Below, in pieces: positions 45,628-54,400 of a DNA stretch of 63,924 nucleotides (positions are counted from its first letter, which is position 1; each line of letters opens with the position of its first letter). A program made the translations under genes and the position numbers. The stretch spans positions 1 through 63,924 of the forward strand of contig JAHIKV010000324.1 in NCBI GenBank assembly GCA_018897395.1, in the 5' to 3' direction. The stretch is from Planctomycetota bacterium (GTDB lineage: Bacteria; Planctomycetota; Planctomycetia; Pirellulales; Thermoguttaceae). The notes beneath the pieces were generated by a model. That model had not been told where the DNA came from, did not search any database, and saw only the letters and a list, made by a program, of their open reading frames with translations.

Positions 45628-46512
45628 CTACTTGCCGGCTCCGGCCGCCCTGGTCATGGCTCTTGCCGTTTTCATTATCCCTTTCGCCATGTCTTCAATC
45701 CTCGTGCACGCCTTTATTTGCTCTTCATCCCCTGCTTCTATCTCTCCTAGCAGCTCCGTGACCTCTTCGTACACCTTTTCCAGTGTCCTTGCCACTCTCT
45801 CTACCCCCACCCTCGGGCTCACCCTCGGGCTCTTTCCCTTTCTCTCGCTTGCGAGGGACGCCGCTTTCGCCACCGACCATCCTTCTTTGTCGCATTCCAC
45901 CAGTGTTGGCGCAGGCAAGCTGTCTACCGAGAGGTACTTCCTCACCATCCTGGCACTTATGTCGAGCTTCCCGGCAACGGCCTCCCATCCTTCTCGCACT
46001 TCCACGTTCCCGCCGGCCTGCTCTGTTCTCAGCCGCCGCATCTCCTCTTCATATATCTCGGTTACCGCCCTTGCTCTTTTAGACAAGGGGAGGTCTCTTC
46101 GCTGGAAGTTCTCAACTATTGCTATCTCTCGAGCCGTTCTGCCGGTCAGGTCGCAGATTCTCGCCTCGATTTCTCTCCTCCCAGCCAGTTTAACTGCCAG
46201 GTATCGCCTTTCGCCCGCGATTATCTCGAACCTGCCCCCCTCCGCCTGTCTCACCAGTATCGGATGTATCAGCCCGTGTTCCTTGACCGATTTGGCAAGG
46301 TTCTTGACCTCCTCCAACGATACGCTGCCCCGCGGTTGCTCCGGATTTGGGTCTACAATGCTTACCGGGATCAGCCTTATGCTTTGCTCCTCTTGAAGCC
46401 CCTCGACTTTTCTCAGCTCCTGCATTTTCTCACTGTCGAACGGGATTACGTTTGACGGGCTGGATGTCCCCTCTTCCAGCGGATTCCTCTTCTTTAGTTG
46501 CTTTCCGGCCAT
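45628..46512 (-). CDS. parB: ParB-like partition/nuclease-domain protein
   Basis: ParB N-terminal box HGLIHPILVRQAEGGRFEIIAGERRYLA. Immediately downstream of parA. Confidence 0.85.
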   Translation of the reverse strand: MAGKQLKKRNPLEEGTSSPSNVIPFDSEKMQELRKVEGLQEEQSIRLIPVSIVDPNPEQPRGSVSLEEVKNLAKSVKEHGLIHPILVRQAEGGRFEIIAGERRYLAVKLAGRREIEARICDLTGRTAREIAIVENFQRRDLPLSKRARAVTEIYEEEMRRLRTEQAGGNVEVREGWEAVAGKLDISARMVRKYLSVDSLPAPTLVECDKEGWSVAKAASLASERKGKSPRVSPRVGVERVARTLEKVYEEVTELLGEIEAGDEEQIKACTRIEDMAKGIMKTARAMTRAAGAGK

Positions 46513-47319
46513 CTATACCACCTGCCGTTCCGCTTCTTCTGCCAACGTCTTCAGGTTTTCATTCTTCTCTAGTCTCTCGACTATCTCCCTCGCCATACAG
46601 CGATACTGTTCCGCTCCCTCGCACCTGGGTGCGTACTCTGTGACCGGCAGCCCCACTGCCGGCGCTTCCGCTATCTTGACCGTTTTCTTAATGAGGCTCC
46701 TGAGGAGCGTGGGGCCGAAGTATCGCTCCGCCTGCTCCAGGTTTTCTCTGGCGTCTCGCGTGGACTTCTCATAGAACGTTACCGCTACCCAGTATTTAAG
46801 TGAGGGGTTCATGGTTTCGAGTACCCGCCCCAATATGTTCAAGAACTGTCCTACCCCCAGCATGTCAAAGAATTGGCTTCTCGTTGGGATTATTGCCCTG
46901 TCGGCCGCTACCAGTGCATTTGTCGTGAGGAAGTCCTGCCCGGGCCCGCAGTCTATTATCGTAAAGTCGAAGTTGCCGTTGAGGGATGCCAGTTGTTCTT
47001 TGAGTGTTTCGACATCTCCCCTCCGGTACAGCGCATACTGGCTGTCCGTCAGTTCCGCCCGTCCTCCCGCTACCCATATGTTCTTGACAGGCCCCCTTTG
47101 CATGGCCTGCTCTACGCTTTTATCGCCCCTCATCACGTCGGCCATGGACTTCCCCATTACGGCATTCAGGCCCATGCCCACCGTGAGGCTCGCCTGCGGG
47201 TCGATGTCCACCAGTAGCACCTTGTACCCCATTTCCCCCAGGGACGCGCCCAGGTTGATGCAGGTCGTGCTCTTGCCCACCCCACCTTTGTTGTTCACTA
47301 CCGCTAATATTCTCATCAT
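46513..47319 (-). CDS. parA: ParA/Soj partition ATPase
   Basis: Deviant Walker A NNKGGVGKST after start MMRILAVV (ATG 47319 or 47316). The ORF-track start lies inside the promoter. Confidence 0.9.
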   Translation of the reverse strand: MMRILAVVNNKGGVGKSTTCINLGASLGEMGYKVLLVDIDPQASLTVGMGLNAVMGKSMADVMRGDKSVEQAMQRGPVKNIWVAGGRAELTDSQYALYRRGDVETLKEQLASLNGNFDFTIIDCGPGQDFLTTNALVAADRAIIPTRSQFFDMLGVGQFLNILGRVLETMNPSLKYWVAVTFYEKSTRDARENLEQAERYFGPTLLRSLIKKTVKIAEAPAVGLPVTEYAPRCEGAEQYRCMAREIVERLEKNENLKTLAEEAERQVV

Positions 47320-47341
47320 AAAAGATATTGCCTCATCAATT

Positions 47342-47370
47342 ATTATATTCCCCGGGTCTCTGTATGTCAA
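47342..47370 (-). promoter_or_regulatory. parAB promoter
   Basis: ATTGACATACAGAGACCCGGGGAA-TATAAT. Confidence 0.65.
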
Positions 47371-47397
47371 TTGTCTGTGCCCCTGTTGGCCATAATT

Positions 47398-47422
47398 AAA
47401 ACCCCCGCTTGACGGGGGTTTT
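47398..47422. terminator. bidirectional intrinsic terminator
   Basis: AAAA-CCCCCG-CUUGA-CGGGGG-UUUU between the HIRAN gene and the parA promoter. Confidence 0.75.
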
Positions 47423-47501
47423 CTCGTGTCCTTGCTCTTATTCCTTATTCTTCAAACCCGTGCGTTCTCGCTCACCCTGGACTCATGTTCTCCCCGGCAT
47501 T

Positions 47502-47864
47502 TCAGCTTGCACGTTTTATCTCGATCACCAACCCCCTCGTCTTCCCCTCTTCTTTTCCCGTAAGCGCAGTCACCTTTGCCCTGAACCTGGCGCCTCCCGC
47601 TATCGACTTTGACATCGACTCTGCCAGCTTTTTCTTCCGCCCGTCCGGCGTTTTCCTGTACCGCGGCACGTATCCGACCAGCTTCTTCTCTGCTCCCTCT
47701 TCTCTTACCACCGCAACCGCGTATGGGTCGGTCTTGTTGGTCGGGTGTCTCATTATGCTCAGGCTCTCCCCCACCCTGACTTTCCTCACGGTTTCTTGCC
47801 TCTTGTTGAAGCTTACTCCCACTACCTTTGTCGGGAACGGTTTCGGAAACGGCAGCGTCTTCAC
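47502..47864 (-). CDS. HIRAN-domain protein
   Basis: GTG 47864 overlaps the upstream stop (GTGA). VVGVSFNKRQ...GESLSIMRHPTNKTDPYAVAVV...KLVGYVPR fits HIRAN. Only the last 120 codons of ORF 47502..48416 are used. Confidence 0.7.
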   Translation of the reverse strand: MKTLPFPKPFPTKVVGVSFNKRQETVRKVRVGESLSIMRHPTNKTDPYAVAVVREEGAEKKLVGYVPRYRKTPDGRKKKLAESMSKSIAGGARFRAKVTALTGKEEGKTRGLVIEIKRAS

Positions 47865-49606
47865 TTTTTCCACCCTCTCGTGTAATCCTTGATTGCCTTG
47901 GTTAGTCTTGATGGCAACGTCTCTGTGTCCTCTGCGAATACGTACCTTGAGTAAATCTTCTTTAGGTGGTTGTCGCTCTTTGGCCCTATGTAGATACACA
48001 TCACGTCCGCAAACCTCTCGACATCCTTCACGCTTATCCTTGTGTCCTCTATTGCCCCTGCCCCCCAGTAGTCGATGCTTTGGGGCAGTCCGTCGCTTAT
48101 CACAACCATCAGCTTTCTTCTGTTCTTCTCGGCCCTCAGGTACTCTCCCGCAAGATTGATAGCCAGTCCGTCCCTGTTGTTGTCTCTTGCCCTTACGTTT
48201 GCCAGTTTCGCCGAGAGTGACCTGGTTACCCTTTCCCCGAACTTGATGTATGCCCTCAGCCGCAAGTTGTCCGTTACGCCACAGTTGTCGAACCCCATTA
48301 CCGAGTGCCTTATCCCAAGCTCTCTTAGCGCTTCGTGTAACGCCACCGCCGCTTCTCTCAAGTGCTTTTCTCTTGTGTACATAGACCCGCTTTCGTCGAG
48401 CAGCACCATCACACAAGGTTCTCTGTTTACCTTTGCCCGCTGGTTCCTGAATATACTCTTCTCCCCTAGAACTGACCTGTACACCAGCGGCGGGTCCACG
48501 GTCCCCCTTCTCTCTTCCCGCCTTACGTCGTCCAGCTCTTCCCTCAGTAGTATCAACTTCAACGCCTTCTTGAGCTTCTTTGCGGCGGGTTTTGTCACCG
48601 CCTTTACGTTCTCATACTCTGCCAGATCCCCGTCCGGCCTTTCCAAAACCACTTCTGCGGAGAACCTTAGTACCCGATTTTTGTACTCTTCTTTCCCCCC
48701 TCTTATTGCTTTTTCCAGTCCATTTTCCCCCTCTGCGTTCGCCCTGCCCGTTTCCTCGATCTCCCTCTCGATCTCCCGCAGCAGTTCTTCCTCTCTGTCT
48801 TCTCCCCCCTTTTCTGCTTCTCCGAGCACCGTCACGTCTTCCTCTTTGCCTTCCGGTATCGCTTCCCCCCCCACGTCCACCCTTATCTTCGGCCCCTCTC
48901 CCGGCATATCGTCACTTGATAGTTGAGGCTCCCCTACCCCGGGAAAATCCTTCGCTCCTGGCGGGATCAGGTCTTTTACTATCTCCCATATGTCCTCTGC
49001 CCCCGCCAGCACGTCCAGCGGGTCTCGTGCATACCTTGCCTCTGCCACCTTCGGCTTTACTCCCTCAACGATGTTCCTTATTGCGCTTCCCGATATCCCG
49101 TCGCTTGACTTCTTGAAACGGGTCCTTATCTCTCCAAGCTTTGAGAGTTCCCACATGGCACTCCACACCTGTTGCCACGCCGTCGCTTCCCCTTCTATCT
49201 TTTCATACATGTGTTCGTTCATCGTGCCCAGCAGCGCGTTCGCCCTTTTGACCGCCTGTCTCAGCAGTAACTCTATCCGCCCGTCCTCGAGCAAGTTCCA
49301 GATATTCTTTATCCCGTTCTTTGACTCTTCCTTCCGTCCTGCTTCGACTACCGTCTCTGTCGGTGTGTACAGGGCATGCCCCGCTTCGTGGAGCACCATG
49401 GCCTTGGCTATGTGCAATTCTTCCATGCCACCTTCCATCTCTTCCACGCGGATCAGGTTCCTCACGTGCTCATAGGACGCCCCGATTCCCTCGCCGTACA
49501 GGACCCTTATCGTCCAGTCATTCGCCACCCGGTGCGCGTACCGGCTCAAGAAACCTGCGATTACGTCTCTGCTTACGCTGGCCTTCTCCTTAAGCAGCAA
49601 GCTCAT
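47861..49606 (-). CDS. vWA-domain protein with N-terminal HExxH motif (CobT-like)
   Basis: MVLHEAGHALYTP near the N-terminus, an acidic linker, a vWA MIDAS motif VLLDESGSM, and VVISDGLP. Confidence 0.8.
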   Translation of the reverse strand: MSLLLKEKASVSRDVIAGFLSRYAHRVANDWTIRVLYGEGIGASYEHVRNLIRVEEMEGGMEELHIAKAMVLHEAGHALYTPTETVVEAGRKEESKNGIKNIWNLLEDGRIELLLRQAVKRANALLGTMNEHMYEKIEGEATAWQQVWSAMWELSKLGEIRTRFKKSSDGISGSAIRNIVEGVKPKVAEARYARDPLDVLAGAEDIWEIVKDLIPPGAKDFPGVGEPQLSSDDMPGEGPKIRVDVGGEAIPEGKEEDVTVLGEAEKGGEDREEELLREIEREIEETGRANAEGENGLEKAIRGGKEEYKNRVLRFSAEVVLERPDGDLAEYENVKAVTKPAAKKLKKALKLILLREELDDVRREERRGTVDPPLVYRSVLGEKSIFRNQRAKVNREPCVMVLLDESGSMYTREKHLREAAVALHEALRELGIRHSVMGFDNCGVTDNLRLRAYIKFGERVTRSLSAKLANVRARDNNRDGLAINLAGEYLRAEKNRRKLMVVISDGLPQSIDYWGAGAIEDTRISVKDVERFADVMCIYIGPKSDNHLKKIYSRYVFAEDTETLPSRLTKAIKDYTRGWKK

Positions 49607-51131
49607 CGTCTATCATGTCCACAAGGGACACCCTTTCCTCTTCATCTTTCGCAACCGCCGGCACTATGAGCAGTTGCGCTATCTTCTTTGGGCTTTCCCC
49701 GTCCGTGTACTTCGCCCAGGTTATGAGGTTCCTTGTTGTTATCGGTTGCGAGATCTCTCCGTGTTCATACTGCTTCCTGGTCTTCTGCGCGATTTCTACC
49801 ATCTTCCTTATTAGTCCGTTGTCCTTGTTCCCGCTTCTCTTCGCTACCACCTTGGTCTCTTCGGGTGTGTCCAGGTAATCAAGGTATATCTTCACGAACC
49901 TGTCCTCTGTTGAGGGGTCAAGCCCCCCGGCACCCAGGTACTCGTCGCCTTCATTTGCGGTTGCGATAACTCTTGTGTGCCTGTGTAGCTTCATCGTCCT
50001 GTCCCCCAGTTCAAGCACCCTATCCTGTAGGAATGAGTTAAACACCATCGCTCTCTCCGGCTTGAGGCTTCTTATCTCGTCAACAAGTAGCCCGTACCCA
50101 TTCCTAGCTGCTATCATCAACTTGCTTTCTACCTCATGTGTTGACCCGTCCTTTATGCCAGTGCTTTTCACCAGTGAACAGTAGTAGTCAAAGTCGCTGT
50201 TCGCGCTTATTGTCACCATCGGCATCCCCATGTGTGCATACACCGCCTGCGCCAGCGTACTTTTGCCTATCCCTGCGGGGCCGATGATCATTAGCGGGTC
50301 CTTCTCGTGAGTTATGGTAGTCGCCAGTTTTTCTTCTCCCATCCTGTCAACGTAGAACACCCGCTTTGGTACCATCTTCTCTTCGGCCTTGGTTAACTTG
50401 CGCTCTACCACAAACTGGCTCCAGTCGATATTTTCCACCTTCCTTTTCGCTGCGCCCTTTTCTACCTTCGCTTTCCCGAGCACGTCTGTTCCCAACCGCA
50501 GTTCCCTCCCCTTGTGGCTTCTGAACGTCTTCTCGCGGTCCGGTATGTCCATCAACTTGAAGTCTTCGTTCATCTTGTGTGTCCATCTCATCTGGTAGTA
50601 CGTCTCGTCCATCAACCGTATGAGCTCTTTTTCCTCTTCGCTTCCGACCGTCATGGTAATAGCCCCCGCAGCCATGATCTTGTTTATACCCTCTCTTGTC
50701 TCGCTTCCCCCTCTGACCGCCTCAAGGCAAAGCATCGCTACAGGTATGTGGTAACAAGAGGCATGCCCGCTTGAGGGGTCGCAGGCCGGGCACTCATGTG
50801 ACACCAGTATCTCTCCGCTATGTTTCCCGCGCGTAATCCTCATGTGGTATGTCTTGCTCGCGGTGCTCCCGCTTGCCATCGCAACAAAAATGCCCTCTGG
50901 GTTTTGCTTGTCTTCGTACACCCTTGTTTGCCACAGTGCCTTTACGACCACCGCTTCCATCTTTCCGCTCACTACGGTGTGGGCCTGTACCTTGGGCGTT
51001 TTTGCGTCCAGGAGTTCTACGTGCGTGGTTCCGAAGTAATCCCTGTCTATTATCTTCTCCAGGGCACCCCTTTGTAACAACCAAAGGTCTGTGCTCCGCC
51101 CGAAAAGTTGTGTGAAATTGTACTTTGCCAT
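49590..51131 (-). CDS. MoxR/CobS-like AAA+ ATPase with N-terminal SWIM zinc finger
   Basis: SWIM-type CPACDPSSGHASCYH. Walker A IIGPAGIGKST, Walker B LLVDEI. ATG 51131 follows the promoter at 51151-51179. Confidence 0.8.
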   Translation of the reverse strand: MAKYNFTQLFGRSTDLWLLQRGALEKIIDRDYFGTTHVELLDAKTPKVQAHTVVSGKMEAVVVKALWQTRVYEDKQNPEGIFVAMASGSTASKTYHMRITRGKHSGEILVSHECPACDPSSGHASCYHIPVAMLCLEAVRGGSETREGINKIMAAGAITMTVGSEEEKELIRLMDETYYQMRWTHKMNEDFKLMDIPDREKTFRSHKGRELRLGTDVLGKAKVEKGAAKRKVENIDWSQFVVERKLTKAEEKMVPKRVFYVDRMGEEKLATTITHEKDPLMIIGPAGIGKSTLAQAVYAHMGMPMVTISANSDFDYYCSLVKSTGIKDGSTHEVESKLMIAARNGYGLLVDEIRSLKPERAMVFNSFLQDRVLELGDRTMKLHRHTRVIATANEGDEYLGAGGLDPSTEDRFVKIYLDYLDTPEETKVVAKRSGNKDNGLIRKMVEIAQKTRKQYEHGEISQPITTRNLITWAKYTDGESPKKIAQLLIVPAVAKDEEERVSLVDMIDDELAA

Positions 51132-51150
51132 GCTTATCACCTCAAGTATT

Positions 51151-51179
51151 AATATATGTTCTATGGGATAGTACGTCAA
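51151..51179 (-). promoter_or_regulatory. element-type promoter (AAA+/vWA/HIRAN operon)
   Basis: GTTGACGTACTATCCCATAGAACA-TATATT. Confidence 0.7.
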
Positions 51180-51281
51180 CATTTAACGTTGTTTTTTTGT
51201 ATATCAAATCTTTACTTGAAACAAAAACTTATTGGGCTCGACCGGCCCTCAGGGCCTCCCTAACGCCCTGGTGAAGAAAGG

Positions 51282-51392
51282 GCGCGGTAAACTTTTCTGG
51301 CCACCCAAGAAGCCCTGGGCCACAAGAACATCTCAACCACACAGATTTACACCCACGTTGTCAATGAGGACGTTAGAAGGGCGATGAGTTAG
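51282..51392 (+). pseudogene. tyrosine recombinase 3' fragment, copy D
   Basis: ...[28 protein letters not shown]. Core 51282-51387. The tail is of the same type as copy B. Confidence 0.75.
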
Positions 51393-51471
51393 TGCTCCAA
51401 TTCAAGACTACGGTAACGTATCCCGACAGCACTATATACTGCCCACCATGGGGAAAGCTGAGAATACCCCG

Positions 51472-54400
51472 TTAATCAGAGTATCCCCCAATGGTATCGG
51501 TTCCCGCTCCCCGGTTGTTCCAGTACATGGAGCGCTCAACCATTATCTTCTTGCCTTCTGTCTTGGAGGTGACAAGAACGGCTGCCCTGCCGTTTATGCC
51601 CTTGTCCTCCATGGAGTAGGTCATACGGGAGTTGGCCCCCACCGACTCCTCGAAGGTGACGTTTCCGGCACCGTCCGGTGTCAGGTAGGTTATCTGGACC
51701 GTCACCGCGTTGTCGTTGGGGTTGGCCACCAGGGTGTAGGTCTCATATCCATCGCCCGCCTGCCCGTCGGGGAGGTAGAAGGTGGTGTGGGGCTCAGCCA
51801 TCCCTATGGAGTCGTGGGAAGCCTCACCCAGCGCTGTGTCTGCTCCCCAGTACATGGCCCTCTCGGCGATTATGGGGTTTGCGCCACTCACCTGGGTGGA
51901 GAAATCGCTTCCGGGAAGGAAGTCGTTCACGCAGATGGTGTCACGGGAGTTGGCGGGCATGTTGATGGGGTTTTCCGGGTGTGCCACCGGACCGGAGTTG
52001 GTCAGGTAGGTCACGTTCACGTCGGTTGCGGTGTCATTGGGGTTCTGCACCAGAACGTAGGTGGTGAACCCGTAGTTGGTGGTGCCTTCGGCCAGGTAGT
52101 AGTCGGCCGCCGGTGCGGTGGTCCCGATCGAGTCGTGGCCCGACCTCTTGTTGTTGCGGTACATCGCCCTCTCGGGGATTATGGGGATTTCCGATTCCAC
52201 CTTGATGGAAGCGTCTTTTTCTCCAATGTCGTTTGCCATTTTGAAGGTTCTTCTGGAGTTTGCGGGTATCTTCTTCGTGAAGGCTTGGGGTTCCTCGTTC
52301 TCCATCATATATGTCACTAGGCAGGTGGCCTCCAGGTTGTTGGGGTTCTGTATGAGGAGGAAGCACTCGAAACCCCAGGCGGAGGAGCCTTCGGGCAGGT
52401 ACCAGGTCTTTGCCGGGGAAGTGACACCTATCGAGCTATGGGCCTCCTCGCTCTTTGCTCCCTCTCCAGTCCAGGTCATGGTGCGGTCCACCGCTATTGA
52501 TTTGCCCTCCAGACATTCCACCCTGGTGGAGAAGTCGGTGTCGCCCAGGTCCCTTCTCGGGTCAACGGTGGTCTGGCTCTCGGGGGGGAGGGACACGGTC
52601 CTAGTGGCAACCTTTCCCCATCCGCCCTCGGTGTTCGTGTCCATGTAGGTGACATTCGCGTGAAGTTCTTCCTTGTTGGGGTTCTCTACCGATATCTCGG
52701 TGTCGAAACCCCAGGCGGTGGAGCCCTCAGCCAGGTACCAGACCGGCTGGGTCACGGTGAACACCTTGTCGTCGTTGGAGACCCCTCCGACCGTCTCCAC
52801 CGTCACCGGCCCGGTGGTGGCCCCTACCGGGACCCTGCACTCTATCCGCTTGTCGGACCACTCGAGGTACTCGCCCGCAGGCACCCCGTTGAAGCGGACG
52901 ACGGCCGCTTCGCTCCCGCCTACCCCCTCCCTGGAACCAAGGAAGTTGGAGCCGGTGATGGCCACCTTCGTCCCGGTGGGGCCCACCCGCGGCTCGAGGC
53001 CCTCCACAGCCGGGGCCTCCACCACAGGGGCCTGCTCGACCACGGAGAAGCCGCCCCGCTTGGGGGCAGGGACCTCGGAGCCCGTCCGGACGTTCACGTC
53101 CCTGGCCCCGGCGGTCGCGCTTGCCGATATGGTGATGTTGGTGGTGGCGTGGGCGGCGTCGGAGACCGTGGTGGAGTTAACGGTTGTCCCCGTCCCCGAG
53201 AAGGTGGCGGCGCTGACCCCGTCCTGGAAGTTGGTGTAGGTCCCCACTATGGCCACGTCCATGGTCTGGCCCTGGGCCCCCGAGGCGGGGTTGACCGAGG
53301 TTATTTTGGCGTTCCCCACCGCGAACCCGCCGACAAGCGGCATCGGCACTTCCGGGCCGGTGGTCACGTTCACGTCGCGGGGTCCCTCTGCGGCGGAAGG
53401 GCTGATTGTAACGTTGACCTTCACGCTCTCCGGACCCACCTCCTCTATATGGTTCACGGTGACGCCGGCACCGAGGGTTGCATCGCTTGTGATTTCGAAA
53501 TGGGTCTGGCTGCCGGAGATGTTCACTTCACCCGACCAGCCGGGGGGGGCCGACGGCGGCGATACCCCTACCATCGTGGGGTCGGGGTCGACGACGAAGC
53601 CCCCGGCGAGGGGAGTAGGAGTCTCGCCGCCGGTTGTGACGTTAACGTCCCTGGGGCCCTGCGCCACATCCGGCGCGATCCGAAGATCGGCCTCCAGGTG
53701 AGTGTGGTCGATGACGTTGAGGGAGCCGGGCACGACCGTTACGCCGCGCCCCGCGTCTATGGTGCTCGCGCCGCCGAAGTGGGTGTAGCCGCCCACAATC
53801 TCGACCTTGACGGTCTGCCCCGTGTTCCCCCAGTTGGGAGAGCAGTACTTGATGTACGGAGGGTCGGCGAAGAGGATGTCGCCGTTTACGCCGACCGCCC
53901 AGGCGTTGTTCGCGTCGTACGCGCGGACCCCGTAGAGGTTGTCGGTGGTCCAACTTTCCTGGAATCCCCACGAAGAACCGTTATAGAAGCATATGGTCCC
54001 GCCGTCGCCGACGGCCCAGACGTGGGTGCTGTCCACGGCGGACACGCCGCGCAGGGTCACGGTTGTTCCGCTCGCCTGGGGGGTCCAGTTGGTCCCCCCG
54101 TTGGAGGTGTACAGGATGGTGCCGTTGGCACCCACCGCCCATACTACCGAGGTGGAGAGGGCGCAGACCCCGAGGAGGTTCTCGGTGGTGCCGCTGGTCT
54201 GGCTACCCCAGGTCCTGCCGTTCGTCGTCCGGTATATCCTGCCCTCGTCCCCCACCGCCCAGGCGTAGAGGGTGGAGGCTGCGGACACTGCGTTCAGGGG
54301 CCTGTCGGTTATGTCGTTGTACTGAAGGCTCCAGGAACCGTTTCTATAGCGCCAGATGTTTCCTATCGAGGTGACATCCCAGAGATAATTGGCCGCCGGG

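Noticed and set aside
47865-48416. Upstream 184 codons of ORF 47502..48416
   Set aside because: This stretch overlaps the vWA gene in another frame and is Arg/Gly-rich. Only the last 120 codons, from GTG 47864, form a recognisable HIRAN domain.
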